A DNA stretch of 64,000 nucleotides from Bacteroidota bacterium (lineage in GTDB: Bacteria > Bacteroidota > Bacteroidia > Flavobacteriales_F > PHOS-HE28): the NCBI GenBank assembly GCA_963169535.1, contig CAUJED010000104.1, forward strand, positions 4,537-68,536, given 5' to 3'. The first letter of the stretch is position 1; each line of letters opens with the position of its first letter. Of this stretch, positions 56,001-64,000 are shown piece by piece. The notes beneath the pieces are model-generated. The model had not been told where the DNA came from. It searched no databases and worked only from the letters and a program-made list of their open reading frames with translations. A program made the position numbers and the translations under genes.

Positions 56001-58404
56001 CCCCCGAACAGAAGCTGGTGGAGCCTTGTGCGGTGATCGTTGGTGTAACACCTCCAGCTACCGTTATCGTGGTGGCAGCCGAGGTGGTGGAGCAGGATCC
56101 GATGCTCACCACCACGGTGTAGCTTCCGGCGTCGGTAGCGGTGTACGTGCTGCTCGTGGCGCCGGACAGGGTGGTCCCGTTCCTTTTCCACACGTAGGTG
56201 TATCCGGTTCCGGTGTTCGCGTTCAGGACCACACTACCACCCGTGCAGAAGGTGGTGGCACCGACGGCGGTTATGCTCGCCGTGGGTGCGTTGGTCACGC
56301 TAACGATGATGCTCGCGGAGCTCGCCGAACATCCGTTGTAGGTGACCGTGACGGTGTAGGTGCCCGCCTGCGTGGCCGTGTACGCGCTCGAGGTAGCACC
56401 GCTGATCGCGGTGTTGTTCCTGCGCCAGGCATAGCTGTAACCCGCACCGGTGTTGGCGTTCAGCACTACGCTGCCACCGGTACAGAAGGTGGTGGCACCG
56501 GCTGCGGCGATCGTGGCCGATGGGGTGATGCTCGTACCCACGCATTGGCAGTTCGCGTTGTACACATCGTTGATGGTGCAGGCGTTGTTGTCATTGCACG
56601 AGCTGCCTACCGTGGCCGAGCCTCCGGGAACACCGAGGCAATCCGATGCACTGGTTCCCGTGGTGGTGGCCATGGCGCCGAGCGACTGGTTGTAGTAGTT
56701 GCCACAGGCGCTCACCTCCAACTTCACGGCCCGTACCATGTATTGTTTACCGGCCACGAAGGGCACCGATCCATTGTTCCAGGTGGTTCCGGTCACCGGG
56801 GTGGTGGTGAGCCGGGAGGTGACATTGCTCGTCAGGTCCACGTGGTACACATGGTAGTCCATGGCCCCGTCAGGGCTGGCCGTCCAGGAGAAGGCCGCAG
56901 AGCCGCCCGAGTTGCTCACCACCAAGTTGGTCGGTGGAGCGACCATCTTCATGCGCAGGCTGGGGTCGCCCATCAGGTTCATATGTGTGCGCCCGATGGT
57001 GGATTGCCAGCCTTCCGTAGTGGGTGAATACAGGCCGGTATTGTTCATGCTGGCGGCCACGCAATAACCGATGTTCTCTCCCAGACCCATGTGGTGGAAG
57101 TACCAAGCGGGGATCCCTGCCCAGCAGTGGGTCAAGCCATCGCCCCGTGCGATCACGGCCCGCAAGAAGTTGTTGCGGCTATCCCAGTCGTAGTAGAAGC
57201 TCCCGAGCGACATGTTGAACACGCCGCCCATGGTCACGCTGCTGGCGAGCTCCTGGGTGGTGGTGCCACCGCTGGTGCCGTTGTACGTGGTAACGCCGTT
57301 TTCCTGGGCGATCAAGCCACCGCCATAGTGCGCAGACCATAGGTAGCTCTGACCGTTGATGTAGTTGTTGAAGCTCAATACTGGTGCCGCAGGTTCGGGG
57401 CTGATCTGGCCCACCAACGCCGAAGCGCGCCATCCACTGGCCGCTATCGGGTTGCCCACCCATTGCAGGTTGTCCACTAGCACGGCACGTTGTTCGGGCA
57501 CCCACCCTTTCACCTTGTAGTTGTGCGCCTTGTTGAGGTAGTTGCGCATCAACTGTACCTCCGTGGATCCGAACGCCGGCATGTCGTACATGTCCACACG
57601 GCCCACTTGCAGTTCCACATTGGAGGGCAGATCGCTTTGGTCGAACTTGCCATCACCCGGGATGTTCCATGTCCGCTGTTGAGTGGTCATGGTGTTGTTC
57701 ACCGAGTTGTCCGTCCAGGTGCCATTCATGTCGGCGTAGTACGCATCGGTAGGCCGCGCACCGCGGGTGTCCTCATGGCCATCCGGCGTGATGTTACCCG
57801 AATAGGGGACCGGCACGTGCCCCAGGATGTACAACGCTTTCACGTTGGTGGGGTCCGCGTTGTAATGACCTTGGATGATGCTCTTCACGCTGGTGACCGA
57901 TGCGGTCCTGGACACATCGCTGCGGAGCACGCCCCATCCATCGGCACGCAAGTCGCTGATCAGTTGGGTGATCTCGGTGCTGAGCGAGGCGGACAGGGTG
58001 TTGTCCACCAGCAGGATCATCTTGCCGCGGTACTCCACTACCGGCACCTGAATACCGGCATGGATGTATCCGGTGCCTGTGACGCCCGCCGAGATCCGCA
58101 CGATCTTGTACTCGTAGCTCACACCGGCGGACAGGCTGTTGTCGGTCCACGTGGTGGCGGTAGCGGCGGGAGTTGCTACCGCAGTGCCCCATGCCGTGGC
58201 GGTCTTTGTCTTCCGATAGATCGTCAGGGAGGTGGTGCTGGCGATCGGTGCCCAGGACAAGGTGATGGAGGAGGTGGATTGTACCGTGGCCGTGATCCGT
58301 ACAGCCGCACGTTCCGATGAGGATTGGGCTTGGAGCAGGGTGGCGCAAAAGGCGGTGACCGCGAGCACGAGGATCCGAAGGGAGCGGATGAAGCCTTTTA
58401 GCAT
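53083..58404 (-). CDS. Giant T9SS type-A cargo: Fn3-like N-terminus, large gingipain/C25-like region, at least 10 tandem ~79-aa Ig-like modules, SprB-like repeat, C-terminal sorting domain
   Basis: Start at the ATG at 58404 (MLKGFIRSLRILVLAVTAFCATLLQAQS). ILGHVPVPYSGNITPDGHEDTRGARPTDAYYADMNG region. Modules follow the pattern ..T/SFC.GGSV.L....G..Y.W.RNG..ISGATS..YTA...G.YTV.VTN..C. C-terminus VYPNPTTGP...AGMYLYRIISG...GKVMVE. Confidence 0.88.
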   Translation of the reverse strand: MLKGFIRSLRILVLAVTAFCATLLQAQSSSERAAVRITATVQSTSSITLSWAPIASTTSLTIYRKTKTATAWGTAVATPAATATTWTDNSLSAGVSYEYKIVRISAGVTGTGYIHAGIQVPVVEYRGKMILLVDNTLSASLSTEITQLISDLRADGWGVLRSDVSRTASVTSVKSIIQGHYNADPTNVKALYILGHVPVPYSGNITPDGHEDTRGARPTDAYYADMNGTWTDNSVNNTMTTQQRTWNIPGDGKFDQSDLPSNVELQVGRVDMYDMPAFGSTEVQLMRNYLNKAHNYKVKGWVPEQRAVLVDNLQWVGNPIAASGWRASALVGQISPEPAAPVLSFNNYINGQSYLWSAHYGGGLIAQENGVTTYNGTSGGTTTQELASSVTMGGVFNMSLGSFYYDWDSRNNFLRAVIARGDGLTHCWAGIPAWYFHHMGLGENIGYCVAASMNNTGLYSPTTEGWQSTIGRTHMNLMGDPSLRMKMVAPPTNLVVSNSGGSAAFSWTASPDGAMDYHVYHVDLTSNVTSRLTTTPVTGTTWNNGSVPFVAGKQYMVRAVKLEVSACGNYYNQSLGAMATTTGTSASDCLGVPGGSATVGSSCNDNNACTINDVYNANCQCVGTSITPSATIAAAGATTFCTGGSVVLNANTGAGYSYAWRRNNTAISGATSSAYTATQAGTYTVTVTYNGCSASSASIIVSVTNAPTASITAVGATTFCTGGSVVLNANTGTGYTYVWKRNGTTLSGATSSTYTATDAGSYTVVVSIGSCSTTSAATTITVAGGVTPTITAQGSTSFCSGGSVVLTSSTASGNTYQWRNGGSAISGATSSTYTATQTGTYTVTVTNGTCVATSNAISVSATGNGPTPVITTHGAASFCSGGNVILTTQQASGNTYQWRLNGTALSGATSYAYTAYMNGAMTVTVTNGGCSTTSAPVNISVGSAPTATITAGGSTTVCSGGSVLLSGSSTTGHTYTWARNGVVISGATSSSYTATTAGSYTRTVTNNGCSATSNAITVTVTAGSTPTATAQGATALCTGGSVVISTPSVSGSSYAWHRNGAVISGATSNSYTATLAGNYTVTVTSGTCSGTSNAIGVTISALTTPSTTAQGPTSFCSGGNVVLSTASTTGYSYQWRRGGTAISGATSATYTATITGTYTVTVTNGACTATSNGVSVNASGSGSSPVITAQGPTSFCTGGSVVLTTTSATGNTYQWRRGGTAISGATSASYTATITGTYTVTVTNGACSATSSGVSVSASGSGPSPVISAQGPTSFCSGGNVILTTQQASGNTYQWRYNGAVISGATSYAYTAYLNGAFTVTVTNGSCSSTSAAINIAVGSAPSATITAASATSFCAGGSVTLNANTGSGLSYSWHRNGTTIAGATNSTYVATLAGTYTVVVTNNGCSRTSAGTTVQVYGSPTVSCSANPNTGTIQAVASGGLAPYSYSWNTSPSSSSASTNVSTSGTYSVVVTDARGCTATCSTTINVTANNACSGIRTETQETWGAQPAGNNMALYLMYNFASAFTAPNYLTIGCGSRQMRITSGWAALSFLPSNGTIAALPSGTMVNPTSYNNTFAGQLVALKLNVRFDEFYTNFSPATTLLKNMVIANGLFAGWTVAELIQVADEKIGSCGSSYTREALNAAITAINEGYAGGTMSSGYLICPNSGMAPALDHDIAMVTSKSLAHDQLEVDVYPNPTTGPTAFLFTTDTEEETTFEIWNMSGAMVTSRQLGTLSAGRQRIEWDAAGNKAGMYLYRIISGSAVVTGKVMVE
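54060..56530 (-). repeat. Tandem ~240-bp coding repeats (Ig-like modules) inside the giant adhesin gene
   Basis: Adjacent units reach roughly 90+% DNA identity by eye over about 100 nt (e.g. 54670-54770 vs 54910-55010). Units five modules apart are also clearly paired (e.g. 54460-54600 vs 55650-55790). Confidence 0.85.
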
Positions 58405-58528
58405 GCTTGTATTCAGGGAGTAAGGAGGAGTTGCGCAGGGCGTGGAGGTCACCATGGGGCACGTCCGTGGGTGCGTGGGGTGCGCGCGGTGTTCGTGGAA
58501 TGTGAAAAAGGCCCTGTTCATAATGGGC

Positions 58529-58536
58529 CAAAAATA
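58529..58536 (-). promoter_or_regulatory. Candidate -7 box (TATTTTTG) for the giant adhesin gene
   Basis: It matches TAnnTTTG on the minus strand, about 125 nt upstream of the ATG at 58404. Confidence 0.25.
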
Positions 58537-58909
58537 GGGAGTACCGCACCGCCGGGATCGCTCTAAAAGCCTTATGGACAGCGGTTCCGGTGCACTGGAA
58601 CGGGCTGTAGGGGGTCTTGGTCCGGTGTAGATGCCGGTCCAAGACCATGGAGGCCCATTTCGTCGGATTATCCGTTGATTCTACGGATAGAACGACGAAC
58701 TCGACGAACTGTCAATATTGATCGACGGGGTGGAATGGGTGCTTCGGCGAAGATGGCCATTGGCCCACCGAAGGTTCTGGCTGGAGACATCTTGACCGAC
58801 CAAGGCTCACCTGGCATTGGATGTCCAAATGGTACCAAGGCTGAGGTTCGAAGGAACCGCAGTGCAGGATCCTGGCTAATAGGGCGGAGCCAGGTCGCCG
58901 AAGTGGGCG

Positions 58910-59821
58910 CTAAGGCCTTCCCCAGATCCAGGTGATGAGTTCGCGTTGGGCGTCGATGCTCAGGTGCAAGGGATCGCGCCAGAAAGCGCGGTCGGTGGGG
59001 AAGAGCCCGGGCTGGTCCAGGTCCAGTACCGGTGCCATGGTGCGGAGCCGTGCGAGGTACGCCTCGCGTGCGGGGCTCAGGCCGGCATCGTGCATGATGC
59101 GTTGCAGGTCGGGGTGGGTGGGGTATTCAACGAATAGGAGGCGAGCTCCCTCGGCCGCACAACGATCGGCGATATGCTGAAGCTTATCGAACACCGTGCT
59201 ATCCATGATCCAGTTCTCGGCCACCGCTTGTTCGGCCTCCAGCACGGTGCGCCACTGGTCCTCGCCGGGCACGTCGTAATGCAAGCTGTTGGGGAAAAGG
59301 GCGCTGTAGATGTTCAGCCCGGCCGCTTCGATCACACGGCGGTTGTACATGTACGACCAAGGTTGGGCAAGTATGGCCGCGGGTTCGGCGTAGATATCGA
59401 AGTGCTGTGCGGCATGCATACCGCGGAACGATACCTGGACCACCACGTTCTGTAGGTTGGCCAAGCTGTCGGCATAGCGGAAGGTGTGATCGATGGTCAC
59501 ATAGTTCCCTCCGGGCACCCCGAGGTTCTGATACGTATCACCGGTCAGGGAGCGTAGGCTGTCCAGGTCGAAATAGGAGAGGCGGCTATCGCCCAGCAGG
59601 ATGTTCCTTGCGGGGTGGCGCCGGAAGTCCACCAGCTTCCAAAGCATGTTGCTGAAGGGCATCGTGCGGCCGCTGTGGTAGAGGTTCTTCTCCTTCAGGT
59701 CCCGGGCGATGGGCCCACCGGTATGGTAGAGGCAGTAGGGGTCCACCCAGGCCACCAAAGCGAAAAGGGCGAGCATGGGCAGCGAGAGCTTCAGGCACTG
59801 GATGAGGAAGCGGCGCACCAT
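58910..59821 (-). CDS. Hypothetical membrane-anchored protein, possible SGNH/GDSL-like partner of the upstream MBOAT acyltransferase
   Basis: N-terminal TM LSLPMLALFALVAWV and a GDS-like block NILLGDSRLSYF. It starts 4 nt after the MBOAT gene ends, so it is probably co-transcribed. The functional call is an inference. Confidence 0.6.
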   Translation of the reverse strand: MVRRFLIQCLKLSLPMLALFALVAWVDPYCLYHTGGPIARDLKEKNLYHSGRTMPFSNMLWKLVDFRRHPARNILLGDSRLSYFDLDSLRSLTGDTYQNLGVPGGNYVTIDHTFRYADSLANLQNVVVQVSFRGMHAAQHFDIYAEPAAILAQPWSYMYNRRVIEAAGLNIYSALFPNSLHYDVPGEDQWRTVLEAEQAVAENWIMDSTVFDKLQHIADRCAAEGARLLFVEYPTHPDLQRIMHDAGLSPAREAYLARLRTMAPVLDLDQPGLFPTDRAFWRDPLHLSIDAQRELITWIWGRP

Positions 59822-59824
59822 GGC

Positions 59825-61270
59825 TCAGAACTGGAAATAGATGAATTCACCACCGCCCAGCGGAGCACACACGATGATGATGGCGATGATGGTGTAGTAC
59901 AAGGCGTAACGCACGGGCTTGGTGGCACGTCCATCGAGCTGTAGGCCGTACTGCTTGGTGCGGCTGATCCACTCGATCACCAGGGTGAGGGCGATGCTGA
60001 ACAGGGCGATGCCGAGGGTAAGGGTACTGGAGATGGCAGGTGCATCGAACAGCGATGGCGAGAACACTTCGCTGAACACGGTAAGGGCCTGGTCCATGCT
60101 CTGCGCGCGAAAGAACACCCAGGCGATCAAGCAGAGCATGAAGGTGGTGAGCATCTGCACGACCTCCTTCAGGGAGGGGAGCGCACGGCCCTCGGCCACG
60201 GTGCCGCTCATTTTCTTGTGGCGGTCGCTCAAGACCAGCGGGAGGAAGAACGCGGCGTTCAGCGCGCCCCAGGAAATGAAGGTCCAATCGGCGCCATGCC
60301 ACAGGCCGCTGACCAGGAAGATGATCATGGTATTGCGCACGAGCATCGCCTTGCTGCCCTTGCTGCCACCAAGGGGAATGTACAGGTAGTCTCGGAACCA
60401 GGTGTTCAAGGAGATGTGCCACCGCCGCCAGAACTCGGCGATATCGCGGGAGAAATAGGGGAAGGCGAAGTTCCGCATCAACTCCAGGCCGAAGAGTCGT
60501 GCACAACCGATGGCGATATCGCTGTACCCGCTGAAATCGCCGTAGATCTGGAAGGCGAACAGCACGGTGGCCAGCAGGAGCGAGGCCCCATTGTGTTGTT
60601 CAGGCGAGGCGTAGATGTGGTTGACGAGTTGTGCACAGTTATCGGCCACCACGATCTTCTTGAACAGGCCCCAGAGCATTTGGCGAAGGCCATCGCGCGC
60701 CATGGCGATATCGAAGGTGCGTTGAGCCTCGAACTGCGGTATCATGTGCCGCGCGCGTTCAATGGGGCCTGCGAGCATCTGGGGGAAGAAGCTGACGAAG
60801 GCGAAGAAGGTGATGGGATGGCGCGTGGCCTCCAGCTGCTTGCGGTACACATCGATGGTGTAGCTCAGGCTCTGGAAGGTGTAGAAGCTGATGCCCACGG
60901 GCAACACCAGGTTCAGCGTGCTCAGGTTGAAGGGTAGTCCCATCACCGTGAAGGCCGCGTGGAAGCTGGTGATGAAGAAGTCGTAGTACTTGAAGAACCC
61001 CAGGAGTCCGAGATTGGCGACGAGGCTGATGGCCAGCAGTGCCTTGCGACGCCGTACATCAGTGGTGTTGCGCAGGCCGAGGGCCACCAAGTAGTCCGTG
61101 CCCGCCGTGAAGTAGAGCAGGCCCAGGTAGCGCCAGTCCCACCAGCCGTAGAACACCGAACCAGAGAGGATCAGGAAGGCGTTCTGCCACATGAGCCGCT
61201 TCCCGAGGGCCCAATAGATCACGAAGACGATCGGGAGGAAGACCGCGAAGTCGATCGAGTTGAAAAGCAT
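59825..61270 (-). CDS. MBOAT-family membrane O-acyltransferase (AlgI/DltB-like)
   Basis: 481-aa polytopic protein with the conserved His context FLVSGLWHGADWTF and RRWHISL. Confidence 0.9.
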   Translation of the reverse strand: MLFNSIDFAVFLPIVFVIYWALGKRLMWQNAFLILSGSVFYGWWDWRYLGLLYFTAGTDYLVALGLRNTTDVRRRKALLAISLVANLGLLGFFKYYDFFITSFHAAFTVMGLPFNLSTLNLVLPVGISFYTFQSLSYTIDVYRKQLEATRHPITFFAFVSFFPQMLAGPIERARHMIPQFEAQRTFDIAMARDGLRQMLWGLFKKIVVADNCAQLVNHIYASPEQHNGASLLLATVLFAFQIYGDFSGYSDIAIGCARLFGLELMRNFAFPYFSRDIAEFWRRWHISLNTWFRDYLYIPLGGSKGSKAMLVRNTMIIFLVSGLWHGADWTFISWGALNAAFFLPLVLSDRHKKMSGTVAEGRALPSLKEVVQMLTTFMLCLIAWVFFRAQSMDQALTVFSEVFSPSLFDAPAISSTLTLGIALFSIALTLVIEWISRTKQYGLQLDGRATKPVRYALYYTIIAIIIVCAPLGGGEFIYFQF

Positions 61271-61473
61271 CGCTGTGCTGTGGCGAAGGGCCTTGTACGC
61301 TGCCGAAGGCGGATGGTTCCACCGACCGTGCTCAAGAATGGGAACGGCCCAAAGCTACCGGCCGGGGTAGGTCGGAGAAGGTCCCCTGTCCGGTTGAATT
61401 CCATGCGCCGATGTTGATGGGAGCGATGCGGGTCGGCTTCCCAGACGCCCCGCCCACGGTCCTGCCGAGAATG

Positions 61474-61502
61474 GGAAAGGGCGCGTCCTTCGCGCCCTTT
61501 CC
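61474..61502 (-). terminator. 12-bp perfect hairpin 22 nt downstream of the glutaryl-CoA dehydrogenase gene
   Basis: GGAAAGGGCGCG-TCCTT-CGCGCCCTTTCC. Confidence 0.65.
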
Positions 61503-61524
61503 GGAGGTTGCCGCTCGAAAGGTT

Positions 61525-62739
61525 CTACTTGAACGCCGCCATGCCCGTCACCTCTGCGCCGGTGATCAGCAGGTGGATGTCGTGGGTGCCTTCGTAGGTC
61601 ACCACGCTCTCCAGGTTCATCATGTGGCGCATGATGGGGTATTCGTTGGTGATGCCCATGCCGCCGAGGATCTGGCGTGCCTCACGCGCCACCGTCAACG
61701 CGAGGTGTACGTTGTTGCGCTTGGCCATGCTGATCTGCTGCGTGGTGGCGCGGCCTTCGTTGCGCAGGGTGCCCAAACGCCAGGTGAGCAGCTGGGCCTT
61801 GGTGATCTCGGTGATCATCTCGGCGAGCTTCTTCTGGGTGAGCTGGAAGGCACCGATGGGTTTGCCGAACTGGATGCGCTCCTTGCTGTAACGCAGCGCG
61901 GTGTCGTAGCACTCCATGGCCACGCCGAGCGTGCCCCAGGCGATGCCATAGCGCGCGCTGTCCAGGCAGCCCATGGGGGCCCCCAAGCCGCTCTTACCGG
62001 GCAGCAGGTTGGCCTTGGGCACCTTCACGTTGTCGAACACCAGTTCGCCGGTGGGGCTGGCGCGGAGGGAGAGCTTGCCGTGCGTGGTGGGCGTGGTGAA
62101 GCCCTCCATGCCGCGTTCCACGATCAGGCCATGGATGCGGCCCTCGGTGTTCTCGGCCTTGGCCCATACCACGGCCAGGTCGGCGAAGGGGGCGTTGCTG
62201 ATCCACATCTTGGCGCCGTTCAGCAGGTAGTGGTCGCCCATGTCCTTGAAGGTGGTGACCATGCCGCTTGGGTTGCTGCCGAAATCCGGTTCGGTGAGGC
62301 CGAAGCAGCCGATCTTCTTACCCTGCACCATGTCGGGCAGCCATTTCTTCTTCTGCTCTTCGCTGCCATATTTCCAGATCGGGTACATGGCCAGTGAGCC
62401 CTGTACGCTGCACAGGCTGCGTAGGCCGCTGTCGCATCGTTCGATCTCCTGCATGATCAGGCCGTAGCTGATCTGGTCCAGTCCGGGCCCACCGTATTCC
62501 GCGGGGACGAACGGGCCGAAGGCGCCGATGTCGGCCAGTCCCGGGATGATGTCCTTGCTGAACTCGGCCTTCTCGAAACGGTCTTCGATGATGGGCTTCA
62601 GGTTGCGGCTCACATGTTGCCGTGCGGTTTCACGGATCAGCTTCTGCTCATCGGTGAGCAGTTCATCGACCAGGTAGTGGTCGTGCGCTTGGAACAGGTC
62701 GGTGGCGCTTTTGGAAGGGGTCTTGGCGGTCGTGCTCAT
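61525..62739 (-). CDS. gcdH: Glutaryl-CoA dehydrogenase (acyl-CoA dehydrogenase family)
   Basis: GCFGLTEPDFGSNPSGM, WISNAPFADLAVVWAK, and C-terminal YEGTHDIHLLITG, typical of GCDH-type ACADs. 404 aa. Confidence 0.85.
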   Translation of the reverse strand: MSTTAKTPSKSATDLFQAHDHYLVDELLTDEQKLIRETARQHVSRNLKPIIEDRFEKAEFSKDIIPGLADIGAFGPFVPAEYGGPGLDQISYGLIMQEIERCDSGLRSLCSVQGSLAMYPIWKYGSEEQKKKWLPDMVQGKKIGCFGLTEPDFGSNPSGMVTTFKDMGDHYLLNGAKMWISNAPFADLAVVWAKAENTEGRIHGLIVERGMEGFTTPTTHGKLSLRASPTGELVFDNVKVPKANLLPGKSGLGAPMGCLDSARYGIAWGTLGVAMECYDTALRYSKERIQFGKPIGAFQLTQKKLAEMITEITKAQLLTWRLGTLRNEGRATTQQISMAKRNNVHLALTVAREARQILGGMGITNEYPIMRHMMNLESVVTYEGTHDIHLLITGAEVTGMAAFK

Positions 62740-62866
62740 GCGTGGGTGCCGGTGTTCCGGCCGTGGTGTTGGATGCCCGGTGCGCGGTCATCGTGCTCCC
62801 GGTGGCGAGGGGCAAAAGTAGGAAGCGCCTTGGGCGTGGGCGGCCCCCGGTTACCTTCGCGGACCG

Positions 62867-63541
62867 ATGGGCCCCACCGTGCTCCCTGCCGTCGATCCGC
62901 CGCGTGTGGTCGATCCCCTGAACGCGGAGTGGGTCACCGCCCTGCTGTTGGGGGTGGTGGTCCTCATGATGTTGATCCAGGTGGGGTCACCGCGCAAGTG
63001 GCGGCTGTTGGGCCGGTCCATGTTCAGCATGCGGTTGGGTAAACAGGCCCTGCGGGAGGAGATGGGGGTGCGCGACCGGGCTTTTCTGGGCCTGTTGTTG
63101 GTGGGCACTTCGTTGCTCGCCCTTTTCGGGTACCAGGTGGTCGTGCTCCAGGGTGAGGAAGCGTCGTACCCGCTCTTGCTTGGTGGTGCGGTGGCCGTGG
63201 TGGTGGTCCACTATTTCGTGCTCAATGCATTGGGGTCGATCCTGCGCATCGATGATGGCGTGCAGGAGTACATCTACACGGGTTTCCTGTTGTTCATCCT
63301 GGCCGGTCTGGTGGTACTGCCCATGGTGGTGCTGATCGCCTATCAACCCCGGTGGCGCGATCAGGCGGTGGCCGCCGGAGGGTTCTTGCTGGGGCTGCTG
63401 CTCCTGTACCGCTGGGTGCGGGGCGGATGGATCGGCCTGGGTGAAGGCGTGCCGGTCCGCTATATAATTCTTTACTTTTGCGCCGCCGAATTGATGCCTG
63501 TGTTGTTGGTCATCGATCACTTGCGCGATCCGGCCTCATAG
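62867..63541 (+). CDS. DUF4271-family integral membrane protein
   Basis: 224-aa protein with about 6 TM helices. It is immediately followed by hemD, the usual Bacteroidota arrangement. Confidence 0.7.
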   Translation: MGPTVLPAVDPPRVVDPLNAEWVTALLLGVVVLMMLIQVGSPRKWRLLGRSMFSMRLGKQALREEMGVRDRAFLGLLLVGTSLLALFGYQVVVLQGEEASYPLLLGGAVAVVVVHYFVLNALGSILRIDDGVQEYIYTGFLLFILAGLVVLPMVVLIAYQPRWRDQAVAAGGFLLGLLLLYRWVRGGWIGLGEGVPVRYIILYFCAAELMPVLLVIDHLRDPAS

Positions 63542-63565
63542 CCACCACTTACCCAAGCCCTGGCC

Positions 63566-64000
63566 TTGAAGATCAAGACCATCCTCGTATCGCAGCCGGC
63601 CCCCACGGACGAGAGATCGCCGTATTACGACCTGGCGAAGAAATATGGGTTGACGATCGACTTCCGCCCCTTCATCAAGGTGGAGGCGGTACCCGCGCAG
63701 GATTTCCGGCAGGAACGCATCAACATCCTGGACCACACGGCCATCGTGCTCACCAGTCGGAACGCGGTGGACCACTTCTTCCGGATGTGCAAGGAGATGC
63801 GGATCACGGTGCCCGAGACCATGAAGTATTTCTGCGTGAGCGAGAGCGTGGCGTATTACGTGCAGAAGTACATCGTCTTCCGTAAGCGCAAGGTGTTCAT
63901 CGGCAAGCAGACCTTCGGCGACCTGATGGACGTGATCAAGAAGCACAAGGAAGAGAAGTTCCTGGTGCCATGCAGCGACATTCAGAAGGGCGAGATCCCC
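63566..64000 (+). CDS. hemD: Uroporphyrinogen-III synthase, 5' fragment running off the window (absent from the ORF track)
   Basis: Hand translation from the TTG at 63566 gives (M)KIKTILVSQPAPTDERSPYYDLAKKYGLTIDFRPFIKVEAVPAQDFRQERINILDHTAIVLTSRNAVDHFFRMCKEMRITVPETMKYFCVSE... It is open to nt 64000. The sequence is typical of Bacteroidota HemD N-termini. Confidence 0.8.
   Translation, partial: MKIKTILVSQPAPTDERSPYYDLAKKYGLTIDFRPFIKVEAVPAQDFRQERINILDHTAIVLTSRNAVDHFFRMCKEMRITVPETMKYFCVSESVAYYVQKYIVFRKRKVFIGKQTFGDLMDVIKKHKEEKFLVPCSDIQKGEIP

Overview
This is a GC-rich chromosomal window, and the evidence points to a Bacteroidota genome. Six proteins carry T9SS C-terminal sorting domains of both type A and type B. 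The sdhC-sdhA-sdhB operon has a b558-type cytochrome subunit. Two gene orders are Bacteroidota-typical: sufA-BCDS-sufE-DUF59-DUF2480 and DUF4271-hemD. TAnnTTTG -7-like boxes precede several operons. The content is mostly housekeeping:
- glutamine-transaminase/omega-amidase pair
- succinate dehydrogenase
- purF
- complete SUF Fe-S assembly cluster
- thiL and pepP
- kynurenine-branch genes (3-hydroxyanthranilate dioxygenase, ACMSD)
- GDP-fucose synthesis (gmd, fcl), cysQ
- class Ia ribonucleotide reductase (nrdBA)
- glutaryl-CoA dehydrogenase, an MBOAT O-acyltransferase pair, and the start of hemD

Between these lie very large repetitive surface proteins (1262, 1304 and about 1770 aa), a propeller-LytS/LytTR two-component pair, and a small lower-GC islet with a HepT/MntA toxin-antitoxin module. 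I found no rRNA, tRNA, CRISPR array, transposase or integrase.

The most unusual feature is that both the sdh and suf operons are interrupted by a co-directional Avd/23S-rRNA-IVS-type four-helix-bundle gene. Each of these genes is bracketed by complementary low-complexity 'word' repeats. Most other intercistronic spacers in the two operons carry long imperfect hairpins built from spacer-specific words, and one word family recurs in frame inside sufS.

Three genes missing from the ORF track were found by hand: a 51-aa DUF5679 zinc-ribbon ORF, a TTG-initiated hemD fragment, and a probable TTG/GTG start for purF. Many long ORFs in the track are antisense shadow ORFs typical of GC-rich DNA and were rejected.
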